DNA from: a virus
Taxonomy: Duplodnaviria > Caudoviricetes
IMG/VR virus record: IMGVR_UViG_3300016722_000134
Coordinates: 1-42,843 of that record
Reading direction: 5' to 3' (one strand)
DNA: 42,843 nucleotides
A program made the position numbers and the translations under genes. The notes under the pieces were generated by a model. The model was given only the letters and a program-made list of their open reading frames with translations. It was not told the origin of the DNA and made no database searches. Numbering within the stretch: the stretch's first letter is position 1; each line of letters opens with the position of its first letter. This document shows positions 7,594 through 17,471 of the stretch, piece by piece.

Positions 7594-8532
7594 CTAATTA
7601 ATAAAAGTGTGACACCCGTCGGTGTCTAAATCCTGTGACACTAAAGCGTTTGCGGATAGATTGCATGCTGGGCGCAAGCCTATGTTGCCATTGCGAGGTG
7701 TACCATAATCAGCTACTCCACCACTATTGGTTATGCATCGAACATTTCCAGCACCGTATGTACTACGTGTCCACCAAGTATATGCGCTTCCGGAAGCAGA
7801 ACCAAATTGATCATTTAGCGCCGCATCTGATGTGGCTTTTGCAACCAAATACGATGATGTATTAAACAAAGATAATTTAGTGCCCTCTTGCGTTCCGCTA
7901 GTAATTCCCAATTCCGCACATGAGGCTAAAAATATTTTGTCTGTAAGATTAATTGCTCCAGATTCAAATATTTTTGATATCACAGTTGTATTCAGTAACG
8001 CGTTTTGTTCATTCACTGTAAATGCATATAAAAACCCTTGCGATGCTGTGTATGAGTTATATCCGTTAAGCACAGATGATGTTCCGCTTGGGTCATTGTC
8101 ATATGCATGTTGTGCAACATACCAATTCCCAGCGGAACTATTTTTATTGAGCCATTGCCGAATATTTGAGTAATCATATCTATCATTGCCGTATGTGGCT
8201 CTGTCCCCCGCCGGATTAGTGGGTTCGCTTGCGTCATAAGCTAAAAATTTTATGATTCCAGAAGTTGCTAAAGTAACTGAATTTGCAGGATATCCAGTAT
8301 GGTTTTTTTCTGCGACTGTCCATATGATTGGGTTACCATAGATTTTTCCGAATTTAACTTTGTCACCTACTGAAAGACTACCGATAGCTATTCCCGCCGT
8401 AAACACCTTTCGATTCGCCCCACCCGCTACTCCGTATAATTCTTTGAGTTCCTTATTTACTCCACCAACAGGAGCAATCCACTTCTTAGGCAGCCGGTTC
8501 ACCCCTCCATCTGGCGCATACAATCCCGGCAT
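7594..8532 (-). CDS. DUF6273-like (C-type-lectin-like) putative receptor-binding protein
   Basis: SNIRQWLN, DKIFLAS..E, WWTRS...GLRPACNL motifs; distal tail position; AT-rich. Confidence 0.75.
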   Translation of the reverse strand: MPGLYAPDGGVNRLPKKWIAPVGGVNKELKELYGVAGGANRKVFTAGIAIGSLSVGDKVKFGKIYGNPIIWTVAEKNHTGYPANSVTLATSGIIKFLAYDASEPTNPAGDRATYGNDRYDYSNIRQWLNKNSSAGNWYVAQHAYDNDPSGTSSVLNGYNSYTASQGFLYAFTVNEQNALLNTTVISKIFESGAINLTDKIFLASCAELGITSGTQEGTKLSLFNTSSYLVAKATSDAALNDQFGSASGSAYTWWTRSTYGAGNVRCITNSGGVADYGTPRNGNIGLRPACNLSANALVSQDLDTDGCHTFIN

Positions 8533-8533
8533 A

Positions 8534-9115
8534 TCAATACACCCCCCATAGCTTACCCGGAGCGAGTGTTTCCGTAGGCGCTGCTGTTGATAAGGTTAAT
8601 GCACTGGCAATGGACGCGGTATCTATCGCATGGTCAGACAACGCGAAACCCAGCTTTGCACCATCCAACCGTACCCCGGTCACCCAACTACCCGACTTAA
8701 ACATATCTGCCGGCAATGGGTCGCCGTTTTGCAGTATGGCCGTAACAGCTACACCGTTGACCGTCCATGTGTCACCGTCTGATATACCATCCGCGGCTAA
8801 AAACTCGACGTTATTGCCGCCTCCGGCCAGATTGTGCATGGTGCCGTTTTTTGTGTGGATGTAGGTGCTCACTATGCCGGCGGCCAATTTGGCCTTTTCT
8901 GTGGCAGAAGTGTGGATGCTTGCATCTTCGGTGTGGACCGTCAAGTCCTCATCTTGTACATAATGATCCATCGTTTCCGGCGAGAAGGGTGTTCCCTGCT
9001 TCGTGATGTTGGCCGCCCGTTCCAGATCATATGTGTTGGCCTGACCATCCACCTGCGTCATCTTGTATCGATTCAGGTTTTGCCCTTCCTCGTTCTGTAT
9101 TACGATTTTTGCCAT
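8534..9115 (-). CDS. Tail fibre / baseplate protein
   Basis: Position; GTPFS and H..D..IH.S..EK.KL fibre-type motifs. Confidence 0.65.
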   Translation of the reverse strand: MAKIVIQNEEGQNLNRYKMTQVDGQANTYDLERAANITKQGTPFSPETMDHYVQDEDLTVHTEDASIHTSATEKAKLAAGIVSTYIHTKNGTMHNLAGGGNNVEFLAADGISDGDTWTVNGVAVTAILQNGDPLPADMFKSGSWVTGVRLDGAKLGFALSDHAIDTASIASALTLSTAAPTETLAPGKLWGVY

Positions 9116-9475
9116 TTATACCACTCCTATCGGTATGTAAATTTCTTGCCCGGCAACAAAGGTACCGGCGCGGCGGATGCTCAGCTGAAGTTCAACAACC
9201 TTCTCATGCAGCGCAATTAGGCAGGATTCAATATCATTCAGCAGATCATAATTAAATTTGTTCTGAAAGCTGTGCGTCTGCTCCAGTAGGGTATTGATAT
9301 TACTTTCGATACGACTGACTTCCGTCGGTGTTGGCCAGCTCGTGTGCTGCCATGTCTTGTAGTTCAAGACGGTGCCATAAAACTCGGCAATCCACCGGGT
9401 ATCATCTTCGATGCGCTGCCAGTCTTCAATATCGATTTCCCCATCGATGTTCCAAACCTTGGGTGGTATCCACAT
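9116..9475 (-). CDS. Tail-tip protein
   Basis: W.PPK.W...D..RIE repeats; translationally coupled to its neighbours. Confidence 0.65.
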   Translation of the reverse strand: MWIPPKVWNIDGEIDIEDWQRIEDDTRWIAEFYGTVLNYKTWQHTSWPTPTEVSRIESNINTLLEQTHSFQNKFNYDLLNDIESCLIALHEKVVELQLSIRRAGTFVAGQEIYIPIGVV

Positions 9476-11319
9476 CAGCCGATCACCTCACTATCCCCGG
9501 TCAGAGCGCCGTTGTACGCAAAATGCATTTTTTTGATTTGAGATTCACGGTATTCTCCGAAAGCAGTTTCAACCTTGCAAAAATCAGAAACTTCCACGGA
9601 TGGAATGATCCACCACGGGAAGCTTTGTGTAATTCTGTTCTGAAGCTGATCGAGGATCCACACAGCCACATATTGGGCGGTGTCGTCCTGGGCGATTAAT
9701 GTAACGTTCTTAATATCCTGTGCGTTCGGAGTCGTGCCGGCAGTCACCGTTGACAGTTGGGCCGAAACAATTTTAATTAACGGTTCGTAAACCTTGCCGG
9801 TGATGGTGATCATTCCGGACGCGCCTTTTATCTCACAGCTGCAGGCATAGATTTCCACGCTTTCATAGGTACCGGAAACCGTAACCTCTGCTGCAGGGTA
9901 AGAAGAAAACTGCACAACAGCGTCGCCGGTAATGTTACCACTGTACAGGCTTTCCGCTTCGGCCTTTATCCGCCAACTGTACTGCTCAACATTGACGCGG
10001 TTATAATACTTGCCGAGCGTCGTCTTGGGATCCCGGTACATAGACCGGTCAATCACAACCGGATTTGGTAGTGGTACAGCCTTGCGCGGCAGGATGATTC
10101 CCTGGCCGGCGACGAACGTGCCGGCAATCAAGCTGCCCTGGTATATGGTGTACTGGTCAATAATAATCGCATTCCGGGTTTCTTCAGTCGCACGGTAAAT
10201 CAGCAGCTTGCCATATCGATCAATCTTGACCACGGCCCCCAGTGCAAAAGCAATCCGCTGCAGGGCGTCTCGGCAGCTCAACGGTGCAAGATACCCGCTG
10301 AGCAGCACATCCTTGATGTTCGGGTGAATATAAAACAGCGCGTTCCCCTGCGCGTCATAAAGATGCAAATCATTAAACAGTTCCAGCAGGATAGCCTCCG
10401 CCCGCTCCTGCACATACATGCGCGATTTGTAATATGTTCCTTCCATCAGAGAAAGCAGATCATATGAAGTGAATTTCGTGGTGTTTTGCGTGGGGCTTTC
10501 CCATTTTGAAAGGTAAGATTTGCTTAGAGGGATATGTTCATAATCATCGCTTATTTTCAAATCAACAGCAGTTGAGAGCTGCTGCCTCTCCTGGAGAAAA
10601 CGGATCTCATTTTGTGGGTTGAACATATTGAAACGCTGGTCAAGGTTATTCAGGGTTGTGGTTGTTACGTTGCTGCTGATGGTATTGCTTGTAAGATCGA
10701 GCTCCTCCAGTACATCAAACCCGGTTAGCATTTTGTCATCATAGACAAATTCAATGCCGAAACTGATTTCAAGCAGCTTTGCATAATGATACGACTGCAC
10801 CCGTAAAACCTTAATTACCAACTTGGTGTAGTTTTCTATTGGGAAGTCGAGCACCGCCTGTGTTGTATTCAGTGCAGTGAACGCTTTGCTTATCAACTCC
10901 GTATCCCCGTTATAAGCTGTGACGAACACATCTTGCACCAACTCTGCAAAAAGCAGCGTGAGACCGATAGAACTGTGCGGCTGGGAAAATGAATATGTAA
11001 TAGTCGGCGGATCCATGAATGTTCCATCTAATCCCGATATGACGGAGCTCCACCAACCGAAGTTCAAGCCGGCCGGATTATCCGGGAAAAGGGACATGCT
11101 GCCGTCTACTTTAAACTGACCCTGCTCGCAGGTACCAACGGCCGGGCTTGCGGTTACCGTATCCAGCGTTTTAGTAACATCGGAAAAAGGCTGCTGCTCC
11201 GACGTGGCCGTCGCGTCACCTTTGGCAGTTACATCGAACACACCGAAAGACACGCTTCCGCGCCATACTCTGGCAGGTGCGCGGGCAGCGTTATAAAATT
11301 TATCAGATACTTTTATCAA
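9475..11319 (-). CDS. Tail-tip/hub (Tal-like) protein
   Basis: 614 aa, follows the distal tail gene; SCRDALQRIA...IDRYGKL pattern. Confidence 0.7.
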   Translation of the reverse strand: MIKVSDKFYNAARAPARVWRGSVSFGVFDVTAKGDATATSEQQPFSDVTKTLDTVTASPAVGTCEQGQFKVDGSMSLFPDNPAGLNFGWWSSVISGLDGTFMDPPTITYSFSQPHSSIGLTLLFAELVQDVFVTAYNGDTELISKAFTALNTTQAVLDFPIENYTKLVIKVLRVQSYHYAKLLEISFGIEFVYDDKMLTGFDVLEELDLTSNTISSNVTTTTLNNLDQRFNMFNPQNEIRFLQERQQLSTAVDLKISDDYEHIPLSKSYLSKWESPTQNTTKFTSYDLLSLMEGTYYKSRMYVQERAEAILLELFNDLHLYDAQGNALFYIHPNIKDVLLSGYLAPLSCRDALQRIAFALGAVVKIDRYGKLLIYRATEETRNAIIIDQYTIYQGSLIAGTFVAGQGIILPRKAVPLPNPVVIDRSMYRDPKTTLGKYYNRVNVEQYSWRIKAEAESLYSGNITGDAVVQFSSYPAAEVTVSGTYESVEIYACSCEIKGASGMITITGKVYEPLIKIVSAQLSTVTAGTTPNAQDIKNVTLIAQDDTAQYVAVWILDQLQNRITQSFPWWIIPSVEVSDFCKVETAFGEYRESQIKKMHFAYNGALTGDSEVIG

Positions 11320-11331
11320 CTGCCCCGCCTC

Positions 11332-11718
11332 CTATCTTTCAATAAAATTGGTCTTGAGATTTTGCCATAGTGCCAGTTTGTGATTTTGCCTATTCCAGTA
11401 AAAGGTCTTCATCGACGTGGACATCGGCCCACGGTATGCTGTAATTTCAAATGCAAGGTTTCCCCCTGGGTGCGGGAATTGCATTAAAAAATACTCAGGC
11501 AGATTATCAAGGACATTAAACGTTTCTTTATAGTCATCGTTGTCCTCAATGATCTGCCAGGCACAGCTGAGCTTTATCTTTTTTCCGGCACGCTGCCGGT
11601 GCATTAAACAATCAGTCGTTCTGAATGCATCCAGATCTAAATCTTCCGTTGAAAAATCAAATGTGGTCACGGAGGGTAGCCACACGCCATTTACTTTCAT
11701 TTCGCCAGGGTATTTCAT
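11332..11718 (-). CDS. Distal tail protein (Dit-like)
   Basis: Directly follows the tape measure; W..LK.NFIER C-terminus. Confidence 0.7.
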   Translation of the reverse strand: MKYPGEMKVNGVWLPSVTTFDFSTEDLDLDAFRTTDCLMHRQRAGKKIKLSCAWQIIEDNDDYKETFNVLDNLPEYFLMQFPHPGGNLAFEITAYRGPMSTSMKTFYWNRQNHKLALWQNLKTNFIER

Positions 11719-11731
11719 GTAACATCCCTCC

Positions 11732-14443
11732 TCAAAAGATTGTTCCCCCCACGCGCTGATTCTCTTCCTTTTGGTAAGGCTTCAGGAGGCGAGCAAGCGT
11801 AACACCGTCCAAGACGATGTTTGGATTTTTCGCAATAATTTCTTTCAGCAGCTCCACAACATCGGCGCGGAACTCTTCCATGATGTTCAGCATTGGAACA
11901 AGCCCCTCCATGAAGGTGTCCATCATTAACGATTGTGGTGTGGCGATCTCTGGGTTACCCTTTGCGCCGGAGTACTCCCCCATCATGGCAAGTGTCGGCT
12001 GTTGGAGAACACCACCGTTGGCAAGTTTTGGAATTGATGGAATTTTGGGAATAGAAATTCCGAACGATTTACCTTTAAGCGCTCCTGGCACCCAGTCCGG
12101 TATATCAAAATGAATGTTATTTAGTCCGCTAATTAATCCGTTGATTGCGCCGATCACTCCGTTAATCATGCTTATAATGGCATTAAGGGGAACTTTTGCA
12201 ATTGCGATAAGTCCATCAAAAATCCCACCAAAAATATCTGATACGCCTTTCCAAGCCTTACTCCAGTTGCCTGTAAACACACCGGTAACAAAGTCAACCA
12301 CACCGCCAAGGGATTTAAACAAACCCTTTGCCACATCGGCGACCACTCCAAGGATTGTTCCAATGATCTTGATGATTTCGTTTATAGCACCGGCGATCGG
12401 AGGCCCCCATGTCTTAACAAACCAGTTTATAAGCGGAGCGATAAATCCGTTGAAAATCTCCATGGCGCCGTTTACAAGCTTGGCCACGAATACGCCAATC
12501 TGCTGAACCAACGGCTGCAGGTGATCTGTCCACAATTGATTCAATGTTAAAAACAGCTGATCAAAGATGGGTTTCAGGTAACTGTTCCAGATATTCAGGA
12601 ACGTATCTTTTATGGTGTTGATTGTGGTGCGGATATTTTCGAAGGTTGTTGCACCATACTGATCCCACAAAGTTTTAAAGGTGTTCATGATATCAACAAT
12701 AACCTTTGAAACAAACTGCGCAAACGGGTCAATAACACCATGCCAAAGTGTGTCAAATACAGTTTTTATGGCACCGAACGCAACGACAGCAGTCTTACTG
12801 ACTTCCTTAAAAATGTCCGTTAAAAGCGGTAAGCCATTTTTCACAATCCAGTCAATGGCTGGTTTTAAGGCATTCCATATTGTTGTGGCCACCATAGCCA
12901 AGCTGCCCATGAAGCCCGCTAATATAGTGGACCCGTCGCCAATTCCTTGCGTGAGCGCGCTTTTAAAATCCGTCTGAAACCAGTTGCTAAGCGGCTGCAT
13001 CCACAAAGCGCACTGCGTACCAATATCGGCAAACAACGCTTTGAATTGCGCAACCGGCGCATCGAATTTTGAAAGGTTATCCTGAATGGGTTTCGTAACA
13101 TAATCATTGAACCCAGTTGCAATTCCTGCCCAGACCGCTTTAAACTTGGCTGCAAGTCCTGTTGCCGCTTCGGTACCCTTCTTGTTTAGGGCATCGTAAT
13201 TGATACCATCAGTGCCGTCTGTACCCCCGGAACCGTTCTTCTGTCCGATCACAGTAATTTCATCAAATCCCGCCAGCTGTCCCTTGTCTTTAGTTCCGCT
13301 GCCAGATTTTGCTTTTGTGGCTGCAGCTGCGTTGGCCTGCATCTTCTTCGTTGCTGCCGCAGACTGTGCATAGGTCTTACCGAACAGAGCAGAGATAAAG
13401 GCTGCTATGTTTTTCGTAACAGAGGCAAGCCCGGCCATAAGAGAATTGAGCGCCGGTAAGATTGCCTGATAGATTGGAGTAAATGCGATCTCCAAATTGG
13501 CCTTAACTTCATTGAGCGACTTTTTAAATTGGTCACTGTTAACAGAAGCCAGTGAAAATGCTTTCTGCAGCGTTTTAAACGCGGCGGCAGCAAGCGCGAG
13601 CGGTACCGCTACCTGTAATGAGCCCGTTAGGCTGCCTGATAGCGCACGTCCCAGCACTCCGACCTTGGCGATTCCCTGGGCGTTACTTGTAACGGCGGAA
13701 AGCATGGCATTCGTTTGCGTACGCAGCGTCCCCATTGAGGCCGATCGCTTCCGCTTTTCCGAAGATTCTACCGCCTTCGCCGACTGCTGAGCTGCCTGCG
13801 CTGATTTAGCGGCAGTCTTTTGCGCTCCGGATGTTACATCAGCATAGGTCTTTTGTGCAGATCGGTTCACCGATGTAAACGCGCCCCGGATCCGGTCAGC
13901 CATGCGGGTGAACACATTTCCGGTCGTCTGTGCCGAACTAACACCTGACGCATCGGGTGCGACGGAAGGCGGTGCATTCGCCGAAGGAGCTGCCGCCTTT
14001 GGCTTAAGTGCAACATCATCCCAGTTATTCATAAATTCATTTGGATTTGTCGCAAGTGCACTGTTTCCAGTCAATTTGGCGGTCGTGGGCAGGCTAACAT
14101 CCGTAGGGTGCAAGCTGTCATGCCATTTTTTTGCCGCCCGTGCCGCAATATCACCTATTTCATCGGCAGTCTGATCAAACTGATCGGTTACCGCTTTGAG
14201 TGGAGTCTTCGCAGCGACACTGGCTTTTTCAAGTGGCGCGGTGATTGCCTTCTCCATTGTTTTTCCAGCATTCTCAACTGGCTTGGAAATTGACTGCTCT
14301 ACCGTTTTACCTACCTGCTCAAAACTTTGCTGTGCTGATTTGTTGGCACTGGCCGCAATAGCGTTGATCTGCTCGTTAAGCTTGCTGACAATTCGCAGAT
14401 CTAAACTAATTACACCAACCGATGTTCCGGTGCCCTCTGACAT
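11732..14443 (-). CDS. Tape measure protein
   Basis: ~900 aa, Ala-rich, W/F-periodic repeats, IPKLANGG...GE...NPE C-terminus. Start set at MSEGTG after RBS GGAGGTGA. Confidence 0.9.
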   Translation of the reverse strand: MSEGTGTSVGVISLDLRIVSKLNEQINAIAASANKSAQQSFEQVGKTVEQSISKPVENAGKTMEKAITAPLEKASVAAKTPLKAVTDQFDQTADEIGDIAARAAKKWHDSLHPTDVSLPTTAKLTGNSALATNPNEFMNNWDDVALKPKAAAPSANAPPSVAPDASGVSSAQTTGNVFTRMADRIRGAFTSVNRSAQKTYADVTSGAQKTAAKSAQAAQQSAKAVESSEKRKRSASMGTLRTQTNAMLSAVTSNAQGIAKVGVLGRALSGSLTGSLQVAVPLALAAAAFKTLQKAFSLASVNSDQFKKSLNEVKANLEIAFTPIYQAILPALNSLMAGLASVTKNIAAFISALFGKTYAQSAAATKKMQANAAAATKAKSGSGTKDKGQLAGFDEITVIGQKNGSGGTDGTDGINYDALNKKGTEAATGLAAKFKAVWAGIATGFNDYVTKPIQDNLSKFDAPVAQFKALFADIGTQCALWMQPLSNWFQTDFKSALTQGIGDGSTILAGFMGSLAMVATTIWNALKPAIDWIVKNGLPLLTDIFKEVSKTAVVAFGAIKTVFDTLWHGVIDPFAQFVSKVIVDIMNTFKTLWDQYGATTFENIRTTINTIKDTFLNIWNSYLKPIFDQLFLTLNQLWTDHLQPLVQQIGVFVAKLVNGAMEIFNGFIAPLINWFVKTWGPPIAGAINEIIKIIGTILGVVADVAKGLFKSLGGVVDFVTGVFTGNWSKAWKGVSDIFGGIFDGLIAIAKVPLNAIISMINGVIGAINGLISGLNNIHFDIPDWVPGALKGKSFGISIPKIPSIPKLANGGVLQQPTLAMMGEYSGAKGNPEIATPQSLMMDTFMEGLVPMLNIMEEFRADVVELLKEIIAKNPNIVLDGVTLARLLKPYQKEENQRVGGTIF

Positions 14444-14447
14444 AAGA

Positions 14448-14783
14448 TCACCTCCCCCTCTGGCCGAATGCGGCCGCAAAGGACCGTTCCATTTCAGTCA
14501 TCTGCTTGTACCAATCCGCTTCGGAAAATTGCTTGGTTACTACACGGGACGCTAAAAAGCGCGACCATTCATCTCTGACGACGCGCTGCTCCGGTGTGTA
14601 ATTATTAATGATGTCTTTGTCAGTTTCTGAGCGGACGCCGACAACACGGCCAAGTGGTGTATCATCCATCAGGCCGCTGACCATCTTTGACCAGTCACTA
14701 TAATGCAGATTTTCTTGCTTCGAGGGCAAAACACCATATTGCTTAGCAATGCTCTGCTCAATCAGCACCCGGTCATATTCCAT
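14448..14783 (-). CDS. Gp15-like tail assembly protein (probably the C-terminal part of a frameshift fusion)
   Basis: LIEQS.AKQYG...GLMDDTPLGRVV.VRSE motif; the frame is open upstream to 14828. Confidence 0.8.
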   Translation of the reverse strand: MEYDRVLIEQSIAKQYGVLPSKQENLHYSDWSKMVSGLMDDTPLGRVVGVRSETDKDIINNYTPEQRVVRDEWSRFLASRVVTKQFSEADWYKQMTEMERSFAAAFGQRGR

Positions 14784-14805
14784 GTCATACCAGTCGTTAT
14801 GACTC

Positions 14806-15138
14806 TCATTTTTCTGTGGGTTCCGGAAATCGCTCCGCCACCTTTTCAGGCTCTTCGCCTGTTATAGCACCCATCACGATTTCAAATAATTTCTGATAAG
14901 CTGGAAAGTGCATGTTCATATCGTCGAGCTCTTTGGCGACTTTCGGAGTAAAAACAAGTTTGAAGGCTTCTTTCATCAGCTCACTGACGTTTTGTTGATT
15001 TTCGTCCTCCATTTTCTTTTGTAAGGCCATAACCTTTTCAACCGTTTTTTGTCGATCGTCAATGGGATAAACTTTATCGCCAATACGGATTTCAGGCTCT
15101 TCACAAAGTAATTTATTGTCTAAGGTATAAAACTTCAT
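14806..15138 (-). CDS. Tail assembly chaperone
   Basis: Lies between the tail tube and the Gp15-like gene; RBS AGGAGG. Confidence 0.8.
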   Translation of the reverse strand: MKFYTLDNKLLCEEPEIRIGDKVYPIDDRQKTVEKVMALQKKMEDENQQNVSELMKEAFKLVFTPKVAKELDDMNMHFPAYQKLFEIVMGAITGEEPEKVAERFPEPTEK

Positions 15139-15206
15139 TGGGATGTTCCTCCTAAAAATTCAACCCCCTGCCGAATGACAGAGGGCTGTTAATATAAATC
15201 TGTGGT

Positions 15207-15662
15207 TTACGCTGCTGGCGGCGTGTATGTCGGCTTACCATTGCTCATGGCGTCGAATTCCAAACTATCCACGTTGGTACTGTCGCCGCCGCCCGGGCTG
15301 GTTACATTGATGACCGCGCCAAACGTCAGTTTACCTCCGGATGGAAATGTCCACTCAAACGGGGTGTTACAGTCACGGCCTGACACCCAGGAAAGTCCGG
15401 AAATATAATCATTGCCAACGTCACCTACGCTGCGTTTACCTTTCATGGAAATGGTGAAGCCTTTAGCCGTCATCAAACGTTTAATCCAGCCTTCCGTTTC
15501 CATTGGCGTCCACTCTTCGGCCTTGCCATCCATCTTGACCGAAAATGTTTCCATTTCAGCAATGGTCACCATGTCAGTCGGTTCAACGCTTGCTTCGCCC
15601 TTACTTCCGATTTTAAACGTGTTTTTAAATACAGGGAATACACCTGTAGCTATACCAGCCAT
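15207..15662 (-). CDS. Major tail (tube) protein
   Basis: 151 aa; GVFPV...EEW.PM..EGW.KRLMTAK...SNGKP; position. Confidence 0.85.
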   Translation of the reverse strand: MAGIATGVFPVFKNTFKIGSKGEASVEPTDMVTIAEMETFSVKMDGKAEEWTPMETEGWIKRLMTAKGFTISMKGKRSVGDVGNDYISGLSWVSGRDCNTPFEWTFPSGGKLTFGAVINVTSPGGGDSTNVDSLEFDAMSNGKPTYTPPAA

Positions 15663-15666
15663 TTAA

Positions 15667-16071
15667 TCAAGTCCTTTCATAAATAAATTTAATTTGAATC
15701 ACATATTCGCAGTACCCTTGCGAATCCTTGCCGACCGGAATTGGCGCAGGCCCGGGATCTGCAGATATTACTTTTGTGGTACCCATCACAACACCAGATA
15801 AGCCATAAAACAGGCCATAAACAGCTGTAGCCTTTGCCTCAGCTGTGCTTATTTTGTTTGTCCAGTGTATTAAAATGGATACGCTGCGCCCCTGGTACCG
15901 GGTCTGATCAGCACCGCCAATACAAATGCGCTGTGTGTTGCCGGAAGGCTTCAGAGGATAAACGCCGATAAACTTATCTTTGTTACCATCGATGGATCCA
16001 ACGGCGATGCAATTATTAAGATCCGGATCCTGATTTTTCAGCCAGTCCTTGATCTGCTCCAGTGTCAGCAT
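15667..16071 (-). CDS. Tail terminator / minor capsid-type protein
   Basis: SILIHW motif; precedes the tail tube gene. Confidence 0.7.
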   Translation of the reverse strand: MLTLEQIKDWLKNQDPDLNNCIAVGSIDGNKDKFIGVYPLKPSGNTQRICIGGADQTRYQGRSVSILIHWTNKISTAEAKATAVYGLFYGLSGVVMGTTKVISADPGPAPIPVGKDSQGYCEYVIQIKFIYERT

Positions 16072-16452
16072 TTATACCCCTGCCTCCTTCTTGTAGTTTT
16101 CTGCAAAAGTATCCTCAACGAAGTCCTTTTTCTCACCATTGAGCCAAGGCTCCAGCCATTCACCACCCGCATTCGGGTTGTTTACAGTCTGGAAATTGTA
16201 TTCCGGATGATAATAAAGCCTGCGGGCCTGCGGGGAACCAGTAACAAGTCGGGATGTGATTTCACCGCCGCCCTCTTCCGTAACGGTAAAGGTCTGATTG
16301 TTCTGCATATCACCCATATCAAACGGCATAACCTGAGCTGTAACGACATTAGTCTTCAGTGCATCAATCGTCTTTTGTGCCGCCGACAGAACCGCGGCTT
16401 CCAGTTTTGCGATCGCAGCAGAATCAAGTTCTATACTTACGCCTATACCCAT
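16072..16452 (-). CDS. Neck / minor capsid protein
   Basis: MPFD.G...ARRLYYHPEYNF...NPNAGGEW motif. Confidence 0.75.
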   Translation of the reverse strand: MGIGVSIELDSAAIAKLEAAVLSAAQKTIDALKTNVVTAQVMPFDMGDMQNNQTFTVTEEGGGEITSRLVTGSPQARRLYYHPEYNFQTVNNPNAGGEWLEPWLNGEKKDFVEDTFAENYKKEAGV

Positions 16453-16790
16453 TACATCAGCTCCAGTTGGGTAAAGTTCACGCTACTGTCCGGATTACGG
16501 GCACGGCTGCCACGGTATATTGTTCTTGTAATACTGCCGTCGTTGACGATTACTTCACCCTCAAGCTTTTCCTGACCTTGAAAAATGTCGCCGTTAAACA
16601 GGGCAGTGGCTTCCAGCGTAATCAGGCGGCGTTCCGCATCAAGAATCTGTTTCTGCTTTTCGGAATAGTTGCAGTTTCCGGCCCATGTTTTGACAACGCG
16701 GGGCGCACCATCCTCACCAATGCCGTCAGTGATATTAACCGAAATTGGCATAGTACAGATCCGATCCGGTACCAGCTCCGGCCATTTCAT
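16452..16790 (-). CDS. Head-closure protein
   Basis: Position; ARNPD..VNFT.LEL C-terminus. Confidence 0.7.
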   Translation of the reverse strand: MKWPELVPDRICTMPISVNITDGIGEDGAPRVVKTWAGNCNYSEKQKQILDAERRLITLEATALFNGDIFQGQEKLEGEVIVNDGSITRTIYRGSRARNPDSSVNFTQLELM

Positions 16791-17167
16791 AGCATCACCC
16801 CGCGATAAGTCAATCCGGTTTGCCGCAGCAGGGAAAGCGCAGCGTTGGTTGTAAAAACGTCCCCTTGCTGAATCAACACTGATTTATCCCACTGCATATT
16901 CACACCATTAATTCCGTAGCTACTGAGCGGGTTGCTGAGCAGATCAGCATAGTCGTGCCGAAAATCCGCCTGCATGCATACTGCCCGCTTCACTTTTTCC
17001 TGTTGGAACGGTGTCAGCAAAAGTAATCCACTATCCCCACCGATGCGGTTGAAAGTCATGGAGTCCACATCATCCGACGAGGCAGATAAAAGCTGATCCA
17101 GTTGATCGTCTGGAATGATGGAACCTTTAAATGTGTTTTTATAGTAAGTTCTGTCAGCGTAAGCCAT
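16787..17167 (-). CDS. Head-tail adaptor
   Basis: YAD..YY...D.MTFNRI...L.QTGL.YRG motif. Confidence 0.75.
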   Translation of the reverse strand: MAYADRTYYKNTFKGSIIPDDQLDQLLSASSDDVDSMTFNRIGGDSGLLLLTPFQQEKVKRAVCMQADFRHDYADLLSNPLSSYGINGVNMQWDKSVLIQQGDVFTTNAALSLLRQTGLTYRGVML

Positions 17168-17197
17168 AAGCAGCGCCCCCTAAACAGGAGGCGGCCA

Positions 17198-17458
17198 TTA
17201 CTGACCGCCTGTGATTTTTGTGAGGATATCCTCTTTCTTGGTAAGATCGCCCAGATCAATCCCCTTGCCGTCGGCATAGGCCTTCAGTTCCGCAACGGTC
17301 ATATCTGTAACGGCTTTTTCAGGTACCACAACCTTATAGCCATGCTCCTGAAACCATGCAATCAGCTCGGGCCTTTCAGTTTCCCCGACGCCATTTGCAA
17401 AATGAATAGATGCTGTCTCGCCGTTATACGCTTTATTCGGTGCGTAAATCTTTGCCAT
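17198..17458 (-). CDS. Small head-associated protein with HeH/Rho-N-like C-terminus
   Basis: MTVAELKAYA..KGIDL....KKEDIL; follows the capsid gene. Confidence 0.7.
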   Translation of the reverse strand: MAKIYAPNKAYNGETASIHFANGVGETERPELIAWFQEHGYKVVVPEKAVTDMTVAELKAYADGKGIDLGDLTKKEDILTKITGGQ

Positions 17459-17471
17459 AATCCATTCCCCC

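Noticed and set aside
7187-8532. Complete diversity-generating retroelement
   Set aside because: No reverse transcriptase, accessory gene or template repeat is visible in the window.
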